A stretch of DNA of 64,000 nt from Mantamonas sphyraenae STR306 (lineage: Eukaryota; Protista; CRuMs). Location: the NCBI GenBank assembly GCA_026936335.1, contig JAPMXV010000042.1, forward strand, positions 1 through 64,000, in the 5' to 3' direction. Made by a program: the position numbers and the translations under genes. Of this stretch, positions 1-13,300 are shown piece by piece (the stretch's first letter is position 1; each line of letters begins with the position of its first letter). The notes below the pieces were generated by a model. The model saw nothing but the letters and a program-made list of their open reading frames with translations. It ran no database searches and was not told where the DNA came from.

Positions 1-176
1 AACCCTAACCCTAACCCTAACCCTAACCCTAACCCTAACCCTAACCCTAACCCTAACCCTAACCCTAACCCTAACCCTAACCCTAACCCTAACCCTAACC
101 CTAACCCTAACCCTAACCCTAACCCTAACCCTAACCCTAACCCTAACCCTCTATCCCTAACACTAACCGTAACCCT
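1..176. repeat. Telomeric repeat array (CCCTAA)n / TTAGGG, about 25 perfect units (1-150) plus degenerate proximal units
   Basis: Perfect AACCCT tandem from base 1. Variants ctatccctaa, cactaa and ccgtaa lie at 151-176. Confidence 0.99.
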
Positions 177-547
177 GAGGCCCCTTTTGAGATGTCGCAT
201 CTCCGGTCTAGCCCCGGGTGTTGCGTTCATCAGGGTGAACGTTTCCCAATTCTATGTTCTTGTGCGATTCTATCCTTCTTAATCTGGTGGTTATCGATAT
301 GAAGGGTCCGGTCTATATCGGATGAGTTGTGCTTCTGTCTGCTGGCGGGTGGCTGGGTTGGGTGGTGGCCTGGGGCAATGGGCAATGGGTGGGAGTGAAA
401 ACGTCGCTGGTGAGTGGCCGTCGTCCTGCACCGCCGCGCAGTCAGCACTGCCCATCCGCCTTCAACCAAGGTATCACCAACACCCACAACACCCTCCACC
501 AGTCCAACACAATCCACATACACTCCACTACCACCACCACCGCCACG

Positions 548-2989
548 ATGGACGGAGACTACTCAAGCACTCCGAAGCAACAACACACACCCAACACCTA
601 CCCAGCGTGCGTTCTGCCTTCCACTCCGTTTCCTGACTGCCCGCTTCTCCCGCTTCCTTGCCCGCTCCATGCCTCTGTCGCTTCCCTGCACTCCTTCCCT
701 GCATCTGCAGTTCCCCATTACCACCGCTGCTGCCTTCACCGCTCTTCTCCGATCCCCTCTCCCCTGTCACTGCCCTCCCCGTTGCCGGTTACCCGTCTGC
801 CAATCTCCTCCGTTTTCCCTCTCTGCTCGTTCCAGCCTGCTTTCACCCTGCTTCTGCTCTGACGGCGTCCATTCCGCCTTCCGCTCACCGTTCCCTCCCC
901 ACTATGCCCCTACCCGTCTACCCACAGCTACGCGTACATGGTCCCTCCCATGGCTGCCCAGCCGTTTCCGAACATGCTGCCCGTCTCTGGCGTACAACAC
1001 CCGTACCAGCACCCACAACTACCCATCATCTGGGTCCCTGTCAACACCCACCCCCAGCAGCACTACGCATATGCTCATCAGGGCCATCCATACTACGCCT
1101 ACCCTCCTCCGCCGCCTCCTCCGCCTCGACAAACCGCCCAGATGCACTTCGCTCAGCCTCCGTTGCACCCTCCGCCTGCTCAACCCACCATAAACCACAA
1201 CCGCGTCCCCAAACGCATCAGCCCTGCCTTTGTTGGCATCACACGGACCACATCCACCACCACATCGTCGTCCTCCTCCCACCAGGCCACACGGCAGACT
1301 GGAGACAGCGACGACGACGACGCAGACCAGGACACAGCCACACATGACCCCGGCGACGTGGTGGACCTGATGTTCCTGAACTTTGGCCACCTTGAACCAC
1401 GGTCAATCACCAGCAACTCAGAGTGGATGACCAGCTCAGGGATGGAGGCGTACGAAGAAGACGGCGAGGCACTCGACGCAACCGAGCAGCACGTGGACGA
1501 CGAGATGAAAACTCAGGGCACACTCAGCTTCGCGTACACTGATGATGCCATGGATGAGGAGTTCATGCCGCAAGACGACAGCGACGACGACACAGACGAC
1601 GTGGAACAGGAGGACACGGACGAATGGCAGCCGAGACGCACAAGTAGAGGCCACAGACGACGCAGAGGCTACATTAGCCGTCATACTGGTTCACACTCGA
1701 TGAAAGGCAGCGGACAGCGCAGGCGCAGGGTCACGGCTGGCAGTGGCACAGAGACAGGAACGTCGAGCTCACGGGCAGGGAGGGCGAAGACCGGAGACAA
1801 CGGCGCACGGAAGAAAGCAAGCGTGAACAAGACGAACAAGTTGCCAGGTGGAGTTGTGCGCAAAGGGTGGTCAGTGGGACCCAATGACGAGCGCAGCCAC
1901 AGCAACAAGAAGGAGCACATGGCACTGCTGAACCACATGCACACTCTGGCCAACGAGCATCCCATCGACGACATCCCCGACCTGACGACCCTGCAAGTGC
2001 GTGTTGTGGTCTGCCATGGCACCCTGAACACGCTGGTCCGACAGATTCAACTCGCTCTGGGCAACATTCCCCTCTCCCAGGGCGACATGGCCTTCTTTCT
2101 CACCCTTTTCGGCCATGACATTGATCAACAGGCGTGCAGACAGGCCATCCTCAACGCTGGTCTGGCCATGGGTGTGACAGAGGCTGGGTTGAAGGTGTGC
2201 TGGCTGGAGGAGCCACACGACCACGGCGACCCCAACTACGCCTTCCTCCACCTGCTCATGACAGAGATGGACACTTTCGGCAACAGGCTGCATCCCACCA
2301 CCTGGGAGGAGCACCAGCAGACCCAGCTGTGGCTGCAGAAAGCACGACGCCCTGCTGACAACGACAGCGACCCACACTGGACACAATGCGACTACGACCA
2401 CCACCTCACCACCACCAAGGTGGACAAGTGGCACCCCGTGTCTGTGCGCAGTGGCTGGAGCAGTGCCACCCCCAGCGACGAGCGTGGTAGCTGCACGGCG
2501 CGGGAGTTCCAGACGCTGCTGGCACACATGAAGGCACGCGCAGCCAAGCACCCTCGCCACCAGCACACACACGAGCACCAGGCACTGCGTGAGCTGATCA
2601 ACAACGGCAACCTGCTGTCCCTGGTGCGACACATCATCCTGGCGCTGGGCAACGTTGGCGTGCCGCCTGTCGACCTGGCCTTCTTTGTCCGCCTCCTCAG
2701 GCCACACCTCACCTACCAGCTGATATCCAAGGCGATCAGCAACACCATCACCCGCGGCGTTACCTCCCTCTCCCTCAAGATCGCCTGGCTCGACACTCTC
2801 AAACCCAGCGACGCCACACTTCACACCCTCCTCCACACCCTCATCGACCGCATCACACCCCACATCACCACCCGCCCCACCACCTCCGCACTCGTCGACG
2901 CCTACCCCATCCCCTCCTTCACCCTTCCCAAGCGCAAAGACACTTCCTCCTCCTCCTCCTCCTCCTCCAAACGCCAACGCATCGAATGA
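548..2989 (+). CDS. Orphan protein (~700 aa): P/Q/H-rich and acidic/basic N-half, two copies of an unknown ~120-aa domain, C-terminal basic NLS-like motif
   Basis: ATG 548 (MDGDYSSTPK). Pyrimidine-rich GT-AG intron 607-927 splices in frame (YPA|YAYMVPP) into ORF 938-2989. Internal duplication GWS..DER...HM...L..LVR.I.LALGN......D.AFF...LK..WL. Confidence 0.75.
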
Positions 2990-3390
2990 ACCCCCCCCCC
3001 CAACCCAACCCAACCACCCCTTCATTCACACATCCTTCCCACTCATCCACTCCTCCCCACCCTCCCAATCAACCTCTCCATCACCTCATCTGGCAGTGTC
3101 ACCCACCCTTCCCACCCTCCCTCCTCCACATTCATCACCAATGCCACCTCCATCGCCTCATCAACCCCCTCCACCCAATCAAATGCCACGCCAACCTCCA
3201 CCCTCCCTCCCTCACCATCTCCACCGTTCTCTCTCTGGCCTCGCGCCCCATGCTCGCAACACCTCTTCAATCCCCTGATCCTCTCGCTCAACTGCTCGCT
3301 CCAGTGCAGCGTCCTTCCTTCCGTCCCCTGCACATGTGTCCACTGGCACGCCCCGCTCCCACACCACCAACCCCCAGGAACCTCAATCTC

Positions 3391-3717
3391 TCATGGCAAC
3401 AGTACTGCCCGGCACCTCTTCTTGCACACTCTCACCACCCCCATCGCCATGGACACCATCACAACATCCAACAGGCAGCAATACACAATAAGCGCAGACA
3501 CAGCCACCAGAATGTTCCCCCCAAACAACTGCAGAAAGATCTGCAGTGAGTGCCGCAGAAACCCCAGTCGCCCGACACTATCCACCACATGGAACAACCC
3601 CCACGTGCTCAATGCCTTCATGAGCCACGGGCTGCCGCAGTCGACCATTTGAGCCCACAAAACCACTGCAGCCACAAGCACCAGTGCGTGAAGAGGCAGC
3701 GCTTTCACGCGTGCCAT
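3391..3717 (-). CDS. Possible small membrane/secreted protein (~108 aa)
   Basis: Signal-peptide-like start MARVKALPLHALVLVAAVVLWA and hydrophobic C-terminal segments. No recognisable family. Confidence 0.3.
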   Translation of the reverse strand: MARVKALPLHALVLVAAVVLWAQMVDCGSPWLMKALSTWGLFHVVDSVGRLGFLRHSLQIFLQLFGGNILVAVSALIVYCCLLDVVMVSMAMGVVRVCKKRCRAVLLP

Positions 3718-4080
3718 CAACGTGACCTGTATCCTCGTTGGCGCCATCTGGACGACCGACTTCTCACGGTGGTTGGTGCGTCGCGACCCGTTGAAAGAAA
3801 GGACAAAGGATACGCCGGGCGAGTTTGGTTTTGTGCGAGGGCGCAGGCAAAATGCACTCACACTGACAACTACAAAAAGGGTGCGGCCAACGATGAAGCT
3901 CGGCCACTACACCTGCGGAGAACAATAGGTGAAATCTCCGCAGGCTGCAACCGAAAAGTAGCAGTCCACTCTCGGGCTCTCCGAATCCCTCCTCAGCAAC
4001 AGCGGAAGAGCATGAAATGCAAACCGTTGTGCCATTGATGCACCCTTTCATTCTCCTTCCCGCCAAGGCTACCGGTTCAC

Positions 4081-7000
4081 TCAGATTCGCTCTTCTCCAC
4101 CTCTGTTGCCCTGGTTGCGAAAATTCTTCAAGATGCGGTCCACTCCCGAGCCGCTGTCGTTCGCGGACATGCTGTCCATTTCGATTTCGGGCATGGCTGC
4201 TTGAGGCTTCAGAGAGTCCTCCTTGGCTTGTCGCTTCGCTTCTTTCTTTGCCGCCTGCTTCTTCATGTGCTTGTGCACACGGTACACGAGCAGAGCGACG
4301 AGCAGCACGATGCTGATGATGTGAAGCGCCGTCATGATGTACGACACCACCTCATTCATCTCTGCAAGCGGGTCCACGTTGACAAAGTAAAAGGTTGCTC
4401 CGATGATCACGACGTCGAGGATTGCGAGAACAAACTCTCCGGTGAGCGAGATCGTGTCGCTGACGGGACGGCGGACGGCAAACACGGCGAGGTACACGAC
4501 GTAGATGCTAAGGAGGACAAAGATCTGCGCCTGCGGTGCTGCGGCTACAACGACGAGGGTGAGCGAGGCGAGCAGCTGCTTGAGCATGAGGAGGATGCGA
4601 AAGTATCGGTTGTTGTCGTTGTACTTCTTGAACAGGGCGCCGAAGCGCATGTAGAAGTCCTTGACCTCAAAGTCGTCCTGGTGGCGCTTGAGGAAAAAGT
4701 AGACCCAAACGGGAAAGCCCATACTGAATACAACGCACACTAGGGCAGCCAGGGCGTAGAGGAACACAGGTTCGGTTGGGTCTCCCGAGTTGAGCTCCTC
4801 GGTGAGGGAGAGGTGGAGCAAGCTGGAGAGGCAGAGGCCAAAGTACACGATCAGAAAGAGACGGAGCAGAAACTGGTAGAAGTAGTGGAGCGTGCGAGTC
4901 TTTCGCTTGTCGTTGAACTTGATTGGGGGCACCAGGAAAAGGAGGATTCCAAACACGAGTGCAAGGAGGCACGAGATTGCCGAAACGGCAAAGAGGTTCG
5001 CAGGAAACAGTTTGGACGGCGGCAAGCCGATCGAGCGCGTGTAGGAAGGAAGCGTGAGGAGCCTGCGCGAGGCGGTCGCGCTGTTGATGCCAGCTTCCAG
5101 CTCGTTGCGTCCGACCATCCACTGAGTGACAAAGCCGAGATGGAGATTTGCCCAGCCAAAGTTGCCAACAAAGGCGTTGTAGGAGTTTGGGTACTGGACT
5201 GCGATCTGTCCAGTGAGAGAGATGAACTGCAGTCGATCGAGGACGTCCCATAGGGTTTGCTGGGCGTTTGGAACGCTTCCAGAGGTGGCAGAAGTGCCGT
5301 ACGCCAAAAAGGCACTGGCCGCTCCGGCTGCACCGACGCCCAAGGCTGCAAGGGAGGTTGTGGCAGCGACGCCACCTGAAGTATCGGGACAGACGTCGTA
5401 GGTCCACTTGTCCGCTTCGCATACGGTTCCGCCCACCTTGCCGTTGACGTTCCCGAGGAAACAACCCTTTGAGGAAGCCGTCGCACTGTCGCAATAGCCA
5501 CAGCGGACATCGCGGAGACACTCTGAGCATGACAAGCTCTGCAAGCAGATGGTCGGTGTAACTGGACAGGAAGAGGTGTTTGTGCCACCGCAAACACCAC
5601 ACGCGTCGTACACAGCTCCGCTGTTCGGCACCCCGTCACACCCCTTGCACGTCCCGTTGTTCCCTCCACACACACCGCACGCGTCGTACTTGACCCCACT
5701 GTTCGGCACCCCGTCACATCCCTTGCACGTCCCGTTGTTCCCTCCACACACACCGCACGCATCGTACACAGCTCCACTGTTCGGTACCCCATCACACCCC
5801 TTGCACGTCCCGTTGTTCCCTCCACACACACGCCGCACGCGTCGTACTTGACCCCACTGTTCGGCACCCCGTCACACCCCTTGCACGTCCCGTTGTTCCC
5901 TCCACACACACCACACGCGTCGTACTTGACCCCACTGTTCGGCACCCCATCACACCCCTTGCACGTCCCGTTGTTCCCTCCACACACGCCGCACGCGTCG
6001 TACTTGACCCCACTGTTTGGCACCCCGTCACATCCCTTGCACGTCCCGTTGTTCCCTCCACACACGCCGCACGCGTCGTACTTGACCCCACTGTTCGGCA
6101 CCCCGTCACACCCCTTGCACGTCCCGTTGTTCCCTCCACACACACCGCACGCGTCGTACTTGACCCCACTGTTCGGCACCCCATCACATCCCTTGCACGT
6201 CCCGTTGTTCCCTCCACACACACCGCACGCGTCATACTTGACCCCACTGTTCGGCACCCCGTCACATCCCTTGCACGTCCCGTTGTTCCCTCCACACACA
6301 CCGCACGCGTCATACTTGACCCCACTGTTCGGCACCCCGTCACATCCCTTGCACGTCCCATTGTTCCCTCCACACACGCCGCACGCGTCGTACTTGACCC
6401 CACTGTTCGGCACCCCGTCACATCCCTTGCACGTCCCGTTGTTCCCTCCACACACACCACACGCGTCGTACGTTGACCACCCCACTGTTCGGCACCCCAT
6501 CACATCCCTTGCACGTCCCGTTGTTCCCTCCACACACGCCGCACGCGTCGTACACCACCCCACTGTTCGGCACCCCATCACACCCCTTGCAAGTCCCGTT
6601 GTTCCCTCCACACACGCCGCACGCGTCGTACACCACCCCACTGTTCGGCACCCCGTCACATCCCTTGCACGTCCCGTTGTTCCCTCCACACACACCGCAC
6701 GCGTCGTACACCACCCCACTGTTCGGCACCCCATCACATCCGCTGCACGTCCCGTTGTTCCCTCCACACACCCCACACCCGTCGTACACCTTTCCCGTGT
6801 CCAGCATTCCATTGCAATCCACGCACGTTGCAGTGTCAAAGCTCCCTGAACGGTAGTTGCACCCGGTGCCATTCCAGCCACAAGGAACGCTGCTGCCGTT
6901 GATGCACGTGCTGCACGCGTTGAATGAAGCACACAGCGTGATGTCCGTGATGATGGCTTGCACGTCTGGACCCACAACAGCCGATGACACGGTCGTATCG

Positions 7001-10000
7001 TTCACGCCAATCATCTGGTTGAACGAACCCGACGAACAACTGATTGAGCTTTTCAAAATTGCAAACTTTGCCGGCACAGCAGGGAAAAACGTGCTCAGGC
7101 GAGTCAAGCGCAAAGATGCCACCCAAAAGTGTGCAGCGATCCAGCGTAAATGCCGTGAACGACAACGCCGATTCAACCGTCACTTGCAACTCGGACGTCG
7201 CCTGCGTCATAAGCAACTGATTGAACCTCATCGCTTGACCCAAACCCGGCAGGGCGGTGGACGTCAAAATGCCCCCGTCAACCGAGACAGTGCAGTTGAA
7301 GTAACCCACGCCCACGAGTTCCAGGGTGACCCCCGCTGCGACTCGAAACGTCTGTTGCACACCCAAACAGTGCAGTTTCGTGCCCTCTACCCCAAGCCGA
7401 ACTGAGCCCGAGCCCACTTGCGTGTAAAGCGCACTGTCGGTTGCATCCAACACCAACGTGCCTCCGTCCACCACGCGAATGGACGCCTGCGTTCTCCAAG
7501 TTCGCTTGAATGTGGTTCGTATCCTCCGTGCTCAACGTCTGGATCGTTCCGTTGTTCTTCCACGTACCCAAAGTTTGCCCCTGCATCACACGCCCGGCCG
7601 TCATGAAGCGTACAAACGCACCAGCCACCTGTGTGATCAACCCACCGTCCAGCAGTAGCGCACTTGTGATTCGAGTATTGCCTACGTTGAGGTACACGTG
7701 CACATTCTGCTGCAGGAAGAACGAGTTTCCTCCGTTCACGTTGTAGCCGCCCACGCCGACCGAGACTGTGCCTTGACCTGATCCGACGAATCCGGCGCCC
7801 TCGGACCCGGAAATCGTGTCCACGGTGATCGTCACGCCCGCAGAGATGTCCAAGTAACACCCTGCTTTCATCGTAAGGAGGCCTGTCACCGTCATCGCTG
7901 CGCCCACGGTCGCGTTGTTTTGGCAGCCCCAGTTTGTGATCACTCCTCCTGGTACGAGCGTCCCAGCAGAGTTGCTCAGCGTCACCACACGCACCGAACT
8001 GTCGCTGATGGACAGAGTTCCGCCTGCGCCAACCACGCTTGCCGACGTCAGTGTGACTTGCGCGTTCAGGTTCAAGGTGCCACTCTCCACCGTCGCGTTG
8101 CCGATGTTTTGGCTCGTGGACACCGTCACCGTCCCGCCCGCCACTTCAAGAGTTGTGATCGTTCCTGACCCTCCGTTCAGATTGACCACCGTCGCGTCCG
8201 TGTACAGGTACCCAGGCGAAAACCCGGCCGAAGAAATGGTCTTTGTGAAACCGTTGAAATAGATGCCAACGCGGTTTGGATCGGACACCACGCTGCCCTC
8301 CAGAAATTGCTGTGTGTTTTCCAGCTTCAACCGTGTGTTCAACAGCTGCAACCTGGACGTCGCATAGAAGCGCATGTCCATCTCGATAGCCAGCATGGAC
8401 ACAGAGGATTCCACCGATACGGTGCCGTACACGTGCATGACGTTTCCGCCGCCCACCAATCGAATGATCTTTTCACCTTCGGTGTTTGTCCCCAGAATGA
8501 CCGAGGACGTGGATGAAAAAGTTACGGATGAGCTGGTCGTGAGACGCCACTGCTGTGAGTCTCGCACGATGCTCGTGTGACTGTTGAACACCATCACCAT
8601 GCCGCTGTGCAGAAGGCCGAACCCAGAGCCCACACACGTGTAGTTCGAGTTGAATGTGATCGAGTTCAGCCCAGCCGTGGCTCCCCCCTCCTGATCGTAC
8701 TCAAACGATCCTCCGTTGTGGACGTAGGGTACGTCCACGCGCACGTGCACGTTGTTGGCAAAGTACATGCGCCCGTTGGACTCGTGAGTGACCTGCGCCT
8801 GTGTCGACCAGTTCTGACTCGTGTGCAGGTACCACCGTCCCAACACGGTGCCAAACACACTCAGCGGGGTGTTGACGTTCGTGAATCCTGAGGTGTCTCG
8901 ATGCTCAATGGCTGAACCTGAGCCAAACGTCACGGTCCCATCGATGACGTTTCGCTTCGTGCTCGTTCCAGACAACTTGAGCTGACCTCGTGTGATCGAC
9001 ATCGATGCAGTTGGTTCCATGATCAGCGTCGTTTTGACGAGCTCAACCACAGCCGCGCTCATCGCTGGATCCACAGTGAGGTTTCCCCACACCCGCAAAA
9101 AGCACTCGTGGTCACTTTGTGCGCCCGTGAGCATCACTGCATTGGTGTTCGGACGCACATGCAGCATGGCCCCTGTGCTGATGTTGACGTTTGTGCCACC
9201 CTCGCACGTGACGCCTTCGAGCCGATCCCAGACGCCTGTACCCGCTAGTGCAATGTTGACACCATGCAACGCCATCGTTTCCCCGTTGCTCACACTCAAG
9301 AACGTGGACACTGTGACGGACGCTGCCTCACCGGCTCCAGCAACCGTACGGATCGTTCCGCCAGCCATGACGAGGCGCGCACTTGAAAATTGCACCGCCG
9401 ATCCTAGCTGAAGCGTGTAGCTGGAGCCTTTGATGGTCGTTGTCCCGTACACTTGGGTGTTCACAGACACATTTGCTGTGCCCGGCATGACTGTGCGTGC
9501 GGTGGCAAGCGCCCTGGTGTCAGTGACTCCCCTCCCATTTTTCTGGCGTTGAATCGCTGCGCTGAAGAATGGCGGCTTTCTTTACTCACGTGTGAGGTGG
9601 CCCACGTGCAGGGAAGCCCCAGCAGACGCCGGGTTGATCGCTGCACCAGGCATGGAAAGCGTTCCATTCAGCCTTGCCGTGTTCCTGGGGAGAGCACCGG
9701 GAGCGAAATGTCAGCGGAACCTCACGAATTTGTGACGTGCGCGAAACAAACCGCTCGCACGCAACCTACACAGTCAGCGACACCCCGTCTGCAACGGTTA
9801 TGTTAAACGTCGAGTCCGCATGGAAGATGGGCACGTTGAAGTCATGATTGATGGCCAGCACACAGCCCGCCGCGCTTGGTGACGACAGAGTGAGTCCGTC
9901 CATGGCTGTGGCAAGGCTGGTGGTCACCGTTTGCCCTGCGGTGCAGTTGAGTACGGCTGTGTCCCCGTTTCGCGGAGCAAGACCCGTGTTCCAATTGTTT

Positions 10001-10122
10001 GCATTGTTCAAGCTCGCAGAAATCCCAGGCGTGGAGTTTATCCACCACACTTGGGCGCACGAGACAAGGAACGGGCAGCAAACGATGATCACAACAAGTA
10101 CTAGCGCATATTGTCCGCTCAT
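4081..10122 (-). CDS. Giant surface receptor (~1950 aa): signal peptide, autotransporter-passenger-like beta-helix, PSI-like modules, ~16 DxCGVCGG repeats, C-terminal multipass TRP/Flc-like membrane domain
   Basis: [16 protein letters not shown] signal; introns 9685-9769 and 9491-9589. G/T/V/S-rich beta repeats; [13 protein letters not shown] and [17 protein letters not shown]-like motifs; [13 protein letters not shown]...F.WANL and RFGALFKKY motifs. Four frameshifts (~7482, ~7115, ~6472, ~5830) join ORFs 7278-9488, 6836-7474, 6418-7176, 4851-6977 and 4081-5838. Confidence 0.8.
5585..6820 (-). repeat. Coding minisatellite, ~16 x 78 bp, encoding CDGVPNSG(V/A)(K/V)[16 protein letters not shown]
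   Basis: Near-identical 78-bp tandem units are visible directly. Confidence 0.97.
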
Positions 10123-10350
10123 CTTCTCCGTTTGATTGGTAACCACGACTGTGGGAAAGTTTGGCGGCAACTGCGGCACGCTCCCGTCACCATCACACAC
10201 ACAGAAAAAACACACATCCAGCCTTTCGTAACTTTTGAACCCAACACTCGACGTCCTCACCCTCCTGTTTCCAGCAACAAGACCACCAATGCCGACCGTT
10301 TCGTGCGCAGAGCCCACAAACTCAACGTCTCTCCCACGCACCCTTCCCTG

Positions 10351-13300
10351 ATGCAGCATTTGCGCATCCAGTACATTTTCTTTCTCGTACTGGTGCCGCA
10401 CGCGCTTGCTGCCAGCACGGCAGACTACACCTTGACCAGCGTCCGCGGCACGCTCAACATTTCCGCACCCGTTTTCCAAAACACAACCATCCTCATCAAC
10501 CCGTCTGCTCCACACTCCGTCATCTCACTGTGGCTCAAGCCGGTCCTGTGTGACCCCTCCGGTAACATCTCTGCCACCATCTACGACGGTACGTCAAGCA
10601 ATCCGCCCCTGTTCCAAATACGGCAACTCCGCTCACACGCCTCCCCATCATCCCACACAGGCCCCTCTCCGCTCCACAAGCCCCATCCCAGCCCCTCCTC
10701 AATCCGAGTCTCGCCCACACCCATCACCCGGGCCCACCATCTCGTCGCCACCACATCCTCCGGGGCCTGGCTTGCGCTCGCCTGTGCGGGCTCCTGCACA
10801 AACGCCTCTCTCGTCCTCCACTACGAGGCCCTCGATCTCCAACATCGCAACTCGCGCACCGCCACCAGTTTCTTGCGCACTTGTACGATCAGCCACACAG
10901 GCTCCATTTTCTGTTGGGGTCTCAACCGAGCCGACGATCCGTTTTTCGGAAATCCGGCCAGCCCAACGGGCTTCCTCGGCATCGCCGACACCTCTCCCAC
11001 CGTCAATGTCGACCCTGCACGTGAGCTGCAGCGCGTCGCCATTGACCCCGCTCTCACTGTCCACTCGGTCCACGCTGCCGCACATGGCTTCACCGCCGGC
11101 GAACAGCAGCTCCTCTGCGCCCTCGCCGACAACGGCACCAAGATCATCTGGGTAAGCACCTCTCTCTCCACCCATCCACCCATCCACCCACACTCACACA
11201 CTCACACACTCACCCCCGCTCCCACTCACGCCCCTCCCCCCCCCCTCCACCCCACCCTCTATCCCCACCCCCCCCCTCCACAGTGGGGAGCAAGTCTCTA
11301 CAACCAGTTCTCGTCAACCGCGTCCGCCCAGCTCGTCAGCTCAGACTTCTTGACTCCATTCACCGTGTCCCCCGCCGGCCGCCGCATCGTCCAACTCAAG
11401 CTCCTCGGCAACACCTTGGAGTACGCCCTCGTCCTTGCCCTCTACGACGATGGTGTCATCCGCTACTGGGGCAAGCACTACTACTCTCCCGGGGGCAACC
11501 CCACAGACATCCAGCACGCTGCAGAAGTGCCCTTCCCCACAAACATCCACGTCGTCAAGTTTGACGCTGCAGTCAGCACCTCGGGTTCCAAGCCAGGCTT
11601 CTTCAGCCTCTGCGCCATCGACACCCAGGGCGATGTCTACTGCTACGGCTACAACAAGTACAGCAACCTCATCTTCCGCGAGAGCGACTACTCCCGCTTC
11701 CACGAGACTTACGACCGCATCAACGACGTCATTCCACCCACTCCGGCCAAGCAGCAAGGCGGTAGCCCCGTCGTCGACATTGCCATGTGGGGCAACAGTG
11801 CAGGCACCATGGTCGTCTATGCAGATGGCCACGTGCGCAACTACGGCCAGCAGCTCTACGATGGCAACAGCGTGCGCTCCAACAGCGACTTTCCAGATCC
11901 GGCCGTCCAGCCGCCCGTCCCTTACCTCTCCGACTTCAACGTCTCCTCTGTTGTCTGTGACCACATCAAGTTTGATCACTTCAACTACCCGGATCTGCCC
12001 CAAGAGTCGGTCCCCACCTGCCAGGACGCCACCTCGGCGGGCACCGCTTGCGAGTCAATCTCATACCACTGCTGCTTCCGTGGACGCACCACAGGCGCTT
12101 CTGTCGACACTGCCCGCTGCGCTGGTCTCAACATCTACGGCGAGACCGGCACGGCCTACTCGCGTCTCTCCATGACCGTCAACCGTACCAGCACACAGCC
12201 CGCACGCGTTGCCGATCTGCCTCTTGAAGGCGGCTGGGAAGTCGCCGACGTCTTTGTTGGCCCAGGCATGTCCTGTGTCCAGCTCAAGCACAGCACCGTC
12301 CAAGTCATCTGCTTCGGCCTCAACATCTACTACGCCGCCGGTCTGTTGACCCAACGCGAGATCACATCTGTGGCCGACCTCTCGCCCGTCCCTGCCTTTC
12401 GCGAGCGCACCCTCATTGACGTCTGTGCAGGGTCCCTCCACGTCTGTGCCATCTACGAGCAGTCGTTTGTCTCGGGATCTCAAAGGCTCGTCAAGTGCTT
12501 CGGTGCAAACAGCAACGGCCAGCTCGGCACCGGTGACTCCTTCACACACGGCCAGAGTGCAAGCTCCATGGGCAACAACCTGCCCAGTGTACAGTTGCCC
12601 CCGGGTGAGGTTCCTGTAGCTCTGCGCTGCACCGGTGACACCACCTGTCTCCTTGCACAGTCTGGTCGCATCTACTGCTGGGGCAACGGAAGACACACAG
12701 GCGTCCCTGCCTATGCCAATCGCCCAGCCGTGGGCCTCCTCCCGTCCGACATGGGCGCCAACATGCGCCCCGTCGCCCTTCCGGCCAACAATCTCGCCTA
12801 CAACGCCTCTCTGTTTGGCTGCTCCTCCTCCTTCTGCTGCGTCGCCGCACGCAACGCCTCGGGGCCCAACATCTTCTGCTGGGGCCGCGGCGAGTACTTG
12901 GGCACCCTCCAGGGCTGGTACGACATCCAACTCGCGGTCGCTGCCGGCAAGACGGCCACCTCTGCAGGCAAGTACTACCCGCGCACAACAGATTCTCACG
13001 TCCCGCGCGCAGAGGTCAACATCACCCAGGGGGACGAACCCGCACGCTTGCATGTCACCGAAAACTTTGCCTGTGTGCGACTTGTCTCCACCAAGCTGTG
13101 GTGCTGGGGCCAGAACCACGACAGCACCAAGAGCTGGTTCTATCCGCTGCTGCTCGATCGCGTCGCGGCATTCATGCCCCCTGGCAGCATGAACTCCCCA
13201 CTGGGCACCTTTGCCATCGAGGTCCCCTCTGGCATGGTTGATTCCACCGCCACAGGCATGTTTCGCAGCAAGTCGGGCGCTGCTGCCGCTGCCACGGGCT

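Noticed and set aside
548-4000. Telomere-targeted retrotransposon
   Set aside because: No reverse transcriptase, endonuclease, zinc knuckle, poly(A) tail or terminal repeats are seen, and the gene has a spliceosomal intron.
5585-6820. Regular repeat array as a CRISPR array
   Set aside because: The units are contiguous 78-bp coding repeats without unique spacers, there are no cas genes, and the context is eukaryotic.
10623-10740. Possible extra GC-AG intron in the CUB-like region of the receptors
   Set aside because: The insert is low-complexity and in frame with a weak donor. It is conserved almost perfectly between copies, unlike the true intron, so it cannot be supported without RNA data.
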